IMG/VR virus record: IMGVR_UViG_3300034116_000503
Span: 1 to 28,652 of that record
Length of the DNA: 28,652 nucleotides
Reading direction: 5' to 3' (one strand)
Source of the DNA: a virus
Taxonomy: Duplodnaviria; Caudoviricetes
The position numbers were made by a program, and so were the translations under genes. The notes under the pieces are model-generated. The model saw only the letters and a list, made by a program, of their open reading frames with translations. It made no database searches and was not told where the DNA came from. How positions within the stretch are numbered: the stretch's first letter is position 1; each line of letters begins with the position of its first letter. This document shows positions 1 to 7,605 of the stretch, one piece after another.

Positions 1-223
1 ATGCCGTATCTTCGTTTTGAATAGTAGCAGTTGCCACTAAGTACAACTTATTGCCTATCGCTTGGATGCTATCGGTTAGCGTTAGTAGACATTCGTGCTT
101 TAGTAGAATAGGCTTTACGGCTTCGAGTATGTCCTCCGCTGACCTGTACTTGTAATTTCCGAATTTGTTGACGTTGCCCTTTGGGACTTTCAGTTCGTTT
201 TGGATTTGGATTAGTTTTTTCAT
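1..223 (-). CDS. ERF-family ssDNA-annealing recombinase (5' part, runs off window)
   Basis: Not in ORF track. Manual translation from ATG at 223: MKKLIQIQNELKVPKGNVNKFGNYKYRSAEDILEAVKPILLKHECLLTLTDSIQAIGNKLYLVATATI, the typical ERF N-terminus (K..N.FG.YKYRS.EDILEAVKP). Confidence 0.85.
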   Translation of the reverse strand, partial: MKKLIQIQNELKVPKGNVNKFGNYKYRSAEDILEAVKPILLKHECLLTLTDSIQAIGNKLYLVATATIQNEDTA

Positions 224-247
224 AGGTTTATTTGGTTTGGTTAATAA

Positions 248-532
248 TTAAAATGGAAGGTCGTGATTATCATCAGTTGCACTCGCTGAGGTTGCTGGTG
301 CTTTGTAATCGCTTTTAGGTTGCCATTCGTTTAGCACCGCATAATGCGTATTGCCATTCTTGTCGGCTTCCTTTCTACGTAGCAAATCAATGTTCACGTA
401 CCCTTTGGCGTTGGTATGTTTGTTTAGTTCCTCGATTAGTGTTTTGGCGTTGATTGATACGCTCACCACTTCACCGAATTTGGTTTCTTTGACTTTGATA
501 AATAAGCCGTTGATGTAGGTTTTGTCTGACAT
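248..532 (-). CDS. Small ssDNA-binding-like protein
   Basis: 94 aa, beta-rich core, acidic flexible tail ending DDNHDLPF (SSB-type C-terminus); adjacent to ERF. Confidence 0.6.
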   Translation of the reverse strand: MSDKTYINGLFIKVKETKFGEVVSVSINAKTLIEELNKHTNAKGYVNIDLLRRKEADKNGNTHYAVLNEWQPKSDYKAPATSASATDDNHDLPF

Positions 533-543
533 TTGTTTATGGT

Positions 544-759
544 TTAATTGTTAAAAAAGAAATCAAATTGACCGTAATAAAAATCAACTGCAATTCTTAC
601 ATTGTAAGATTTTGCTTTATTGATTATATCGCTTAGGCTGTGCGAACTTACCCACGTTTTGCATTTTGGTTTAGCGTAGTAAAATTCAACATTTGAGCAA
701 CTTACTATTGGCGTAAATTTATCGCCTAGTATGTCTTGAATGATTTGTAGTTTGTTCAT
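544..759 (-). CDS. Hypothetical early protein
   Basis: ATG at 759 (MNKLQIIQ...) preceded by the shared leader CTAAACCAAACCACT-ATG and a promoter at 781-809; preferred over the track start at 783. Confidence 0.6.
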   Translation of the reverse strand: MNKLQIIQDILGDKFTPIVSCSNVEFYYAKPKCKTWVSSHSLSDIINKAKSYNVRIAVDFYYGQFDFFFNN

Positions 760-780
760 AGTGGTTTGGTTTAGTTGACG

Positions 781-809
781 CAAAAATATAAAAATAAATT
801 AAAATCAAA
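781..809 (-). promoter_or_regulatory. Bacteroidota sigma-A-type promoter
   Basis: Minus strand TTTG (809-806), 17 nt spacer, TATTTTTG (788-781), matching the TTTG...TAnnTTTG consensus. Confidence 0.6.
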
Positions 810-833
810 GTTTTTTTAAACTTTATTTTTTGG

Positions 834-1091
834 CTAAAAATCATACTCACGCTCTGGCATCCGTCCGTTCTTAATAAAGAAAATCTCTTGGCGTTCCTCT
901 GCAATGTAATCGCTATCTTTTCCGTTCTCAATAGCCTCTTCCACTTGCTTTAATTCGGTTGGGGATTTCACTTCTAAAACGGTTACATCTTGTAACCATC
1001 TGGTTACGTTGTGCAGGAATAGTTGCTTTTCGGCTACTTCGTACCATCCGCAGTAAAGGTTGCCATTTAATTCGATTTCAAATTTTTTCAT
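834..1091 (-). CDS. Hypothetical early protein
   Basis: 85 aa ORF with leader ATAAACCAAACT-ATG. Confidence 0.65.
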   Translation of the reverse strand: MKKFEIELNGNLYCGWYEVAEKQLFLHNVTRWLQDVTVLEVKSPTELKQVEEAIENGKDSDYIAEERQEIFFIKNGRMPEREYDF

Positions 1092-1155
1092 AGTTTGGTT
1101 TATTTGTTTAGTTTTGCATTAATACTTTTTCATAGGGGTATTTGGTTAAGAATTT

Positions 1156-1183
1156 GGGCGGCTGGTTACCGCCCTCTTTTTTT
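1156..1183 (+). terminator. Intrinsic terminator-like hairpin
   Basis: GGGCGG-ctggtta-CCGCCC followed by TC and a T-run on the plus strand; intergenic. Confidence 0.55.
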
Positions 1184-1304
1184 ATATGCCTTTCAACCAA
1201 CAAAGCAAAGCGATTGAACCACTTGCTGCTGCTGCATAAATAAGCAACTGAATGACTGGATTAACTTCGTTCCAATTCTTTAGGATGTGCAGGATTAACT
1301 TCAT
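1182..1304 (-). CDS. Small hydrophobic (single-TM) protein, 40 aa
   Basis: Below track cutoff. MKLILHILKNWNEVNPVIQLLIYAAAASGSIALLCWLKGI*; ATGA overlap with the upstream gene stop. Confidence 0.6.
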   Translation of the reverse strand: MKLILHILKNWNEVNPVIQLLIYAAAASGSIALLCWLKGI

Positions 1305-1510
1305 AGCTTTGATTTTTTAAAGTTAGCTAATATCTCCATCGCTGTTCGTGCGCCTTGCTCCATCATTGGTAGCGTTTCTGGTAGCCATGCGTTTCCTGTG
1401 CGATGTTTCTTTGCCGCTAGTATTCGGCTGTTAAAATAAGTCAAAGCCATTTCGACTTCACTTTCTGTTCTGTCTTTTAGGTAGCTGTAAGCCTCTATTG
1501 TATTGCTCAT
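1301..1510 (-). CDS. Hypothetical protein
   Basis: Likely ATG at 1510 (MSNTIEAY...) overlapping the HTH gene stop (ATGA). Confidence 0.65.
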   Translation of the reverse strand: MSNTIEAYSYLKDRTESEVEMALTYFNSRILAAKKHRTGNAWLPETLPMMEQGARTAMEILANFKKSKL

Positions 1511-1725
1511 TTTGTAGAATTTAAGAAGTTTAACCATGTTGTTTTCGCCTCGTTGCGCATCTCAATCATTTGCTTGATTGCTTCGTGCGCTTTCTTTGTT
1601 TTGCCGTTTAGGATGTTGTATACGGCTGTTTCGCTTACGCCTAGTGCTTTCGCTACTTGTGCGATTGTTACGTTGTACTTGGTCAAGTCTGACCAAAGTT
1701 CTTTTAGTTGTTTGTTTGTTAGCAT
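1507..1725 (-). CDS. Cro/XRE-like helix-turn-helix regulator
   Basis: VTIAQVAKALGVSETAVYNILNGK is a canonical HTH. Confidence 0.85.
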   Translation of the reverse strand: MLTNKQLKELWSDLTKYNVTIAQVAKALGVSETAVYNILNGKTKKAHEAIKQMIEMRNEAKTTWLNFLNSTK

Positions 1726-1886
1726 TTGTTTAAGTTGTTTATACGGTTAGAAAATAATTGCAGTTCGCGAATTGCGATTTGGTTTAGTAAATACACCCCT
1801 TGCATATACTTGTGGTGCATCTTGTCTTTTAGTGCTTGGTTTGTTAGGCGTTGCACTTTGTCACGCCTTGATTGTAGTTGGCTCAT
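1719..1886 (-). CDS. Hypothetical protein, 55 aa
   Basis: Below track cutoff. MSQLQSRRDKVQRLTNQALKDKMHHKYMQGVYLLNQIAIRELQLFSNRINNLNKC*; preceded by AACCAAACCAAAACCAAACCAGACT leader; fills the gap. Confidence 0.6.
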   Translation of the reverse strand: MSQLQSRRDKVQRLTNQALKDKMHHKYMQGVYLLNQIAIRELQLFSNRINNLNKC

Positions 1887-2217
1887 AGTCTGGTTTGGTT
1901 TTGGTTTGGTTATTGATTGCTTTTAAGATTGCATTATTTACTAAATTTTCAGTAGATGGTAATAAATTAAATTGCTGTAAGTCTTTTTGTACTGCAAGTA
2001 ATGCTTCGAGCAATTCGGGAGCTGATGCTATTAACTTGGCGTTGGCTTCTTGTTCCTCTTTTAATCTTTGTTCTTCTGCCTGATATTCATCAGATAAATA
2101 ATTTTTCTCTTTGTTTTCTAAATTAGATAATTGACATATCCATTGATTGCCCATTTCTACGTGCAAGAAAATACGATTTGATGATTTCCATTCGCCTTGT
2201 GTGTGTTTTGTTTTCAT
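1861..2217 (-). CDS. Conserved phage hypothetical protein
   Basis: N-terminal KHTQGEW and ANAKLIASAPELLEAL match the widespread HTPGPW...ANARLIAAAPELLEAL phage early protein pattern. Confidence 0.75.
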   Translation of the reverse strand: MKTKHTQGEWKSSNRIFLHVEMGNQWICQLSNLENKEKNYLSDEYQAEEQRLKEEQEANAKLIASAPELLEALLAVQKDLQQFNLLPSTENLVNNAILKAINNQTKTKPDYEPTTIKA

Positions 2218-2259
2218 AGGTTTGGTTTGGTTTTGGTTAGTAAATATTTTGTTTGTGTT

Positions 2260-2442
2260 TTATCCTCTTACTCCACCGTTATATCCTCTTTTCAATTTGC
2301 CGTAGTAATACTTTTGATAATTAGATTTGTCAGCTTTAAAAAGTTGAGTAGCATCTTTTATATTAGATGCACAATAAAAAACACTTGTAGGATTTCCGCT
2401 ACTATCAATTACATTGTAAAAATTTGTTTGGGGAGTTTTCAT
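2260..2442 (-). CDS. Hypothetical early protein
   Basis: 60 aa, first gene after the promoter at 2478-2485, shared AACCA-type leader. Confidence 0.6.
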   Translation of the reverse strand: MKTPQTNFYNVIDSSGNPTSVFYCASNIKDATQLFKADKSNYQKYYYGKLKRGYNGGVRG

Positions 2443-2477
2443 AGGTTTGTTTTTTGTTTTGGTTAATAATTATAGTG

Positions 2478-2485
2478 CAAATATA
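2478..2485 (-). promoter_or_regulatory. -7 promoter box for the early gene block
   Basis: TATATTTG on the minus strand in an AT-rich intergenic gap (2443-2596), 35 nt upstream of ATG 2442. Confidence 0.6.
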
Positions 2486-2596
2486 AATGCACTTTTTGAA
2501 TAAAAAAACATTTTCCAAACTTTTTTTAAACTTTTTTTTGCGAAAAAAGCAATTACACAATGAAAAACGACTAAAAAAATACCCTAAAAAAAATAA

Positions 2597-3034
2597 TTAT
2601 TTGGCTAAAATAACCGCAGTTACGCCCAAAATAACGCCCAAACCTACACCACCAACACCACATCCAACCGACTTTATTAATGTTTTCCGCTTTTGTAGCT
2701 TTAGTTGCTTTCTTAATTCGTTGCGGTTATCAATAGCCACATCCTTTGCCAAAGTGAGTAGGCTTATTGTTTCGTCTTTTAAGGCTATAACCGTATCAAG
2801 TGAAGCAATATATCTACGTGAAACTAAAACAACGCTATCTGCCACGCTAATGACTTTATTCGAGTGGTTTAGTTCCGCTTTGTTCCTATCGTTTAGTTCG
2901 ATTTGTTTAATCAAGTCAATACGGCTAACTAAAATGCTATCTGATTTGACTTGCCCATATACTTGTGAGGCTGTCATCACTAACATTAGGGTTACGATAA
3001 ATAACTTTCGGTTTAACTTTGCGAAGGCTGTCAT
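2597..3034 (-). CDS. Spanin-like lysis accessory protein
   Basis: N-terminal signal-like hydrophobic stretch, coiled-coil middle, Gly-rich C-terminal TM; last gene of the lysis cassette, overlapping the preceding gene. Exact start uncertain. Confidence 0.5.
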   Translation of the reverse strand: MTAFAKLNRKLFIVTLMLVMTASQVYGQVKSDSILVSRIDLIKQIELNDRNKAELNHSNKVISVADSVVLVSRRYIASLDTVIALKDETISLLTLAKDVAIDNRNELRKQLKLQKRKTLIKSVGCGVGGVGLGVILGVTAVILAK

Positions 3035-3281
3035 AGCTGTATTGTTTTAATTCTAAATCGTGCTTTAATCCTGTGGCTTTCTTAATCGCTTTAAGTTCGT
3101 TGGCTTGGCTTACATCAATCGCACTTTCTAACCGTTCTATGTACTCCGCTTGTTCTTCGATTAGAATATCTCTTGCATCCATCTTAGCGTCCGTTTGACC
3201 ACCGCAATAGCTTAGGCTGGTTAATACTAATATCAAAAGAAACATGGCGTAGATAGCCACTATCCAAGGGTGATCTCTCAT
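2937..3281 (-). CDS. Spanin-like (Rz-like) membrane-anchored coiled-coil protein
   Basis: N-terminal TM (WIVAIYAMFLLILVLTSLSYC) then coiled coil; directly after the endolysin. Confidence 0.55.
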   Translation of the reverse strand: MRDHPWIVAIYAMFLLILVLTSLSYCGGQTDAKMDARDILIEEQAEYIERLESAIDVSQANELKAIKKATGLKHDLELKQYSYDSLRKVKPKVIYRNPNVSDDSLTSIWASQIR

Positions 3282-3742
3282 TGTTTATTTCTGTAATGTG
3301 TTTTCCCGCCAATCTTTACGGCTTCTAAAACTTGTTTACGATTAACACCGTTTGCCCTCAAAGAAACGTGAACCCATGCAGGTTCGTTGCTATCTCCAAA
3401 CTCCCAAATCAACTGGTCAAAATCTAAATTGTTTTTGATGTATTCAAAGATTTGCTTATTCGTTACACCCCCGAAAATGTCAGCATCAATATCAATGGCA
3501 CAACCGTTGCAATGGTCTGAGTTAATCGAACCGCCAATCGCTTTGTTTATTTCTTTAGACCTAAAAAAAGAACTAATCCCAATCGGTTTGCCAAAGTGCT
3601 CACGAACTTTATCGAATACATTTGTGGCTACGTTCTTCATGGCTACCAACTGCCCATCATCTGGGATGTTGTTAATCTGTTTGCGAATAGCGTAATCACT
3701 TTTCGTTGCTTCTTTTAAACTAACATATTTGCTTATCTGCAT
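3278..3742 (-). CDS. Endolysin, peptidase M15 family
   Basis: ISSFFRS..IN.AIGGS.NSDH..G.AIDI and WVHVS zinc-peptidase motifs. Confidence 0.9.
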   Translation of the reverse strand: MQISKYVSLKEATKSDYAIRKQINNIPDDGQLVAMKNVATNVFDKVREHFGKPIGISSFFRSKEINKAIGGSINSDHCNGCAIDIDADIFGGVTNKQIFEYIKNNLDFDQLIWEFGDSNEPAWVHVSLRANGVNRKQVLEAVKIGGKTHYRNKQ

Positions 3743-3744
3743 AG

Positions 3745-4140
3745 TTATTCCGATTTGCGTTCCAACATATTAATCAAAGGCTTTAGAATGTCCAAGTTAG
3801 TAACGCCTTTTATATTCTCCCTCACGCTTTGCAATTCACTAACCGCAATAATAGCCACAACCGCTTTGACCATAAAGTCAGCATCACCATAATAACCGCC
3901 AATCACGTGAGCGATTAGTATAGCTAAAAAGTAAGATAGCACAGCATAAAACTTTCTTATCATTTTATTGGATGTAATTAACTCTGCCTTTGTCTTTGCC
4001 GACATAATGCCTGTAATAAAGTCAATTAAACTAATTGCACCCACAACGAACAATGTTGATTGTAATGGTGCTAAATAAGTCAATACTGCCGCTAAAGCCA
4101 GTCCACCATATTTTGAAGAAAGTAGTTTAAAATCTATCAT
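3745..4140 (-). CDS. Holin
   Basis: Several TM segments; IDFITGI..A, SNKMIRK and ELQSVREN pattern of phage holin 4-type proteins; next to the endolysin. Confidence 0.85.
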   Translation of the reverse strand: MIDFKLLSSKYGGLALAAVLTYLAPLQSTLFVVGAISLIDFITGIMSAKTKAELITSNKMIRKFYAVLSYFLAILIAHVIGGYYGDADFMVKAVVAIIAVSELQSVRENIKGVTNLDILKPLINMLERKSE

Positions 4141-4547
4141 AAGTTATCTACGAATGTTTGAGGGTCAATAAAGTTTTCTTCCGTTACCGTTTCGCTGTAT
4201 GCCTTTATCGCATCCCATCCATTCCACCAATAATTTATAATCAAAACCGCTTCATCAAAATATTCGTTTTCGCTATCGGCTAAAACTGCATTCAACTCCC
4301 ATTCACCTACATAATCCGCATTAAACAACCTACGTTTAAATTCTTCCTCATGCAAAGCGTTTATTTCTGCAAGGTGGCTTTCTTTGCTCCATACTTTCGG
4401 CAATGATGCAATGTAATTATCAAACTCATCTTGACTATCAAATTCTAAAACATTCGCCCCATTAAATAGGGTTGTAGCGTTAAGTGTAATCACCTCGCCA
4501 TTATCATCTATCGGCTGTCCATTTTCATTTGCTTTATGTGTTTTCAT
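4137..4547 (-). CDS. Hypothetical protein, possible tail-fibre assembly factor
   Basis: Acidic 136 aa ORF directly after the tail fibre; function inferred from position only. Confidence 0.5.
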   Translation of the reverse strand: MKTHKANENGQPIDDNGEVITLNATTLFNGANVLEFDSQDEFDNYIASLPKVWSKESHLAEINALHEEEFKRRLFNADYVGEWELNAVLADSENEYFDEAVLIINYWWNGWDAIKAYSETVTEENFIDPQTFVDNL

Positions 4548-4548
4548 A

Positions 4549-6579
4549 CTATCCGATTATAAATATTTGGCATAAATCAATAGCATTAACATCGCCACCG
4601 ACATTCGCTTGGTTAGTAAATAAAATATATTGATTAACCGTCCAATTAATGTTGAGGTTAGATTGTGCAAAAAATATATTGCCGTCTTTTGTATCTTGGT
4701 TCGTTTGTACCGTTACAGGAAAAACCAATGTAGATGATGCAGATTGCACAGCCAATGTTCTTTCTGCCTGATTAAAAAATGCTGTTGGCGCAATACCACC
4801 AGGGAACATCAACACTTGCGCGCTTGTCAATGGTGATGGTGTCGCAGTTGTGGCTATCCTAATTCTCGCAGCAAGAACACCTGTCGCTCCACTTACTCTA
4901 GTATTTCTAACCAACAGCTTTAGTGACTTCCCTGCTGTGATTGTGTTTGCAGGTATCAACACTGCATACGCTACAACTTCTGTATTTATATTGTTAGTGT
5001 GTCTATTTGTGTTTTGGTAGAATAAACGGTTTGTTAATTGGTCATTTACTGCTTTTACCGTTGGGTATAGTGTATCGTTTACCGTTGCAAAAGTTGTAGC
5101 TTTGTTCGCTACGTTTTCGGGGGTAAATCCTAAAGCGTTTTGTTTCCCATCAAAAGTTGACCAATCTGCGCTACTAAGTTTACCTGTATTTGTAGCACTT
5201 GCAATAGGTAAATTGAACGTATGTGTTCCCGTTGCTGAATTAATTGCAAAATCAGTTCCGCTTGTACCTGTTGCAAAGTTTTGTACTTGAGCAATTAAGC
5301 CATTTAGTGCCGTTAAGCCTGTTGAAAAAGTAGTAATTACTTGGCATAAATTATTATCTTCTGTATGTAAAGTTACAGTTCTATTACCTGCTGTATTTAC
5401 ATGTAATCTTACAGCTAGCCTATCAGTAGCCAATAATGTAGTTTGTGGTACAGGTATTGCTGTAGTATATAAATCTACTTGAGTACCATTAGTAATAAAT
5501 TCAGGATTAGTAGAACTTGATGCTATTAAAGTAAAAGTAACACCATCATATTTATAAAGTTCTATATAAAAAGATGGATTACCACTATTATTACTAACAT
5601 TAAAATAAAGTTCACAATTCCAATTACCTGCTGGTATATTTAATTGATTAGGGTCGCCTGCATCAGTTAAGAAAGAAGCAATGTAATTATTTGTATTAGT
5701 TAAAGTAAAGTTAGTACCAAGACCCAATATTGGCGTTCTATTCATTTCTTTAAATGCAACACCGCCAAATGTACCTTGACTTACTGAACCGTTTAAATAA
5801 AAAGACAATGAAGCACCACCGCCTGTTGACGCTGGAAAGTTAGCAAGGCTACCATCACCCCTTACATATTGGCTAACTAAACCTGCACCTGTAACCGCTA
5901 TATCTCCACTTGAAGTAATAGGACTATTTGCAACGGTAAATGCACTTGGCATTGTTAAACCTACCGATGTTACCGTGCCCTCAATAATTAACGCCCAAAC
6001 TGCTGCACCTGTTGTGGCATCACTACAAACATAAACATCACCGTTATCTAATATCCATCTTGACCCAATAACAAAGCCTTTAGTATCGTCATCATTTGCC
6101 GTTGGTGTAAATGTGAAGTTATGGCTCACTTCTCGAATGGTGAAGCCATCTTGTTGCATCGTGTACAAACGCCCTGCTTCCCACTTCAATTCGTAGTCTA
6201 ATGAACAAACTAGCGCAACGCCTTTTGCACCCCCATTTCCTGCATCGGTTAATCCCTTTCTTATTCTGGAGTAATTATCAAATTGTATTTGGTCGCCATC
6301 TGAAATCAATATATCTTCTCCATCTGTAGTATTGCCCTCGACTAATACTTCATTTAGCGTTTGATTTCCACCGCCACCGCCTTGCACCTGCACCCAATCG
6401 CCCTGCTCGTTTAGAAAGTAATCCGCTTCGCCACTTGGTGAGATACCTAAACAATCTTGTACTTCTTCGCAAATGTTACTAGGTAGTTGAGTGGCTGGGA
6501 ACGTCAAAACAAGTGAAACGCTTTTTGTTTCCGCTTGGATAGTTGTTGCGCTAAAGGTGCAAACTATGTCAATTATCAT
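4549..6579 (-). CDS. Tail fibre / receptor-binding protein
   Basis: 676 aa, G/T/S/N-rich, with fibre-type segments (QTLNEVLVEGNTT, GTVTSVGLTM, TGKLSSADWSTFDGKQNALGFTPENVANK, YPTVKAV). Confidence 0.8.
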   Translation of the reverse strand: MIIDIVCTFSATTIQAETKSVSLVLTFPATQLPSNICEEVQDCLGISPSGEADYFLNEQGDWVQVQGGGGGNQTLNEVLVEGNTTDGEDILISDGDQIQFDNYSRIRKGLTDAGNGGAKGVALVCSLDYELKWEAGRLYTMQQDGFTIREVSHNFTFTPTANDDDTKGFVIGSRWILDNGDVYVCSDATTGAAVWALIIEGTVTSVGLTMPSAFTVANSPITSSGDIAVTGAGLVSQYVRGDGSLANFPASTGGGASLSFYLNGSVSQGTFGGVAFKEMNRTPILGLGTNFTLTNTNNYIASFLTDAGDPNQLNIPAGNWNCELYFNVSNNSGNPSFYIELYKYDGVTFTLIASSSTNPEFITNGTQVDLYTTAIPVPQTTLLATDRLAVRLHVNTAGNRTVTLHTEDNNLCQVITTFSTGLTALNGLIAQVQNFATGTSGTDFAINSATGTHTFNLPIASATNTGKLSSADWSTFDGKQNALGFTPENVANKATTFATVNDTLYPTVKAVNDQLTNRLFYQNTNRHTNNINTEVVAYAVLIPANTITAGKSLKLLVRNTRVSGATGVLAARIRIATTATPSPLTSAQVLMFPGGIAPTAFFNQAERTLAVQSASSTLVFPVTVQTNQDTKDGNIFFAQSNLNINWTVNQYILFTNQANVGGDVNAIDLCQIFIIG

Positions 6580-6928
6580 TGCTAACCGAATTTATTACAT
6601 CACATAAAACAATGTCGGTTATCTTGTTGACCTTAAATCCTGCGTCAAAGTCAGCATCATCTACTTTAGCCACTACTTCGGCATAAACACGCCCTGCAAT
6701 AAAATTAGAACTTGCACCCAAAACAATAGCTTTTACTTTGCCCAATAAACTGCTCACAACTTCCATTTCATTTAGTGCTATTTCAACTAAAATGTTTTCA
6801 CGCCTTTGGTATAGGTAAAGAATAACGTCCTCGCAGTTGCTTATTTGGATAGGCTCACCATCCTCACCAACTAACTGAATGTTGATGGTCAAGTCCTCAC
6901 CCTGTACTAATTGTTTTACTGCTCCCAT
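6569..6928 (-). CDS. Beta-sandwich structural protein (BppU-N-like)
   Basis: LVQGEDLTINIQLVGEDGEPI.I start and alternating beta-strand pattern; precedes the fibre gene. Confidence 0.5.
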   Translation of the reverse strand: MGAVKQLVQGEDLTINIQLVGEDGEPIQISNCEDVILYLYQRRENILVEIALNEMEVVSSLLGKVKAIVLGASSNFIAGRVYAEVVAKVDDADFDAGFKVNKITDIVLCDVINSVSNDN

Positions 6929-7605
6929 ATTATCCGTCTATTGTTTTCGTCAAAGTAATATTTTCTATTTTTCACACCTGCACCAATAATACTAAACGGC
7001 AATTTGGTTTTCACTTGTTTGCAAAGCGTTTCACGCTCGTAAACTACTCCGTCAAGTGTCCAATTAACATCGTTTAAATAGTTAATCATTTCGTTTGCGT
7101 AGGCTGATGTTTGTCCTGCTATTGAGTTTAATAACTCCGCACGTCTTTTATCGCTTACTTGACCAAATCCCTCTTGTTGAAACTGCTCTAATCCCCATTG
7201 TGTACCATGCAAACCTAAGTAAGGCATATATCGTTTCATGGTGCAACCTGCTAACCAACGCTTCACAAACACATTGTAGAAGTTCATCAACTCATAATCA
7301 CCCCAATCTGCGCTTGGTGGTGCTTCATTTACTGCTATTGCATCTAAAGCAATATAATAAACGCCATTATAAAATACTTTATCACCTTCAACATACGTTC
7401 TATTCGTTCTGTATTGTTGTGGGTTCGCTAATATAGCGTTATTAATATCTTCAATTAATTCTTTCGGTAGTTCATTCTTAACGTCCAACGTCTGCGCTAA
7501 TATCACTTGTTGCTCTATCTGTGCTGTTGGTGTATTCGGACTTAACACCGCAAAGAACGGTGTAATATCCACAACGCTAATCCATGCTTTATTATTCGGA
7601 AACAT
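6916..7605 (-). CDS. Head-tail adaptor-like protein with inserted CBM5/12-like module
   Basis: Directly downstream of portal; I..AQ.LDVK and MINYLN helical pattern; internal YVEGDKVFYNGVYYIA...W segment. Confidence 0.6.
   Translation of the reverse strand: MFPNNKAWISVVDITPFFAVLSPNTPTAQIEQQVILAQTLDVKNELPKELIEDINNAILANPQQYRTNRTYVEGDKVFYNGVYYIALDAIAVNEAPPSADWGDYELMNFYNVFVKRWLAGCTMKRYMPYLGLHGTQWGLEQFQQEGFGQVSDKRRAELLNSIAGQTSAYANEMINYLNDVNWTLDGVVYERETLCKQVKTKLPFSIIGAGVKNRKYYFDENNRRIIWEQ

Noticed and set aside
719-931. 70-aa minus-strand ORF
   Set aside because: Overlaps two better-supported genes and runs through the promoter region.
221-2472. AACCA repeats as a CRISPR array or integron-type attC array
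   Set aside because: Repeats are short, variable and non-palindromic, always abut start codons and are separated by whole genes; no cas or integrase gene is in the window.
2487-3050. 187-aa plus-strand ORF
   Set aside because: Antisense to the spanin-like genes, starts in low-complexity A/T tracts, no recognisable motif.
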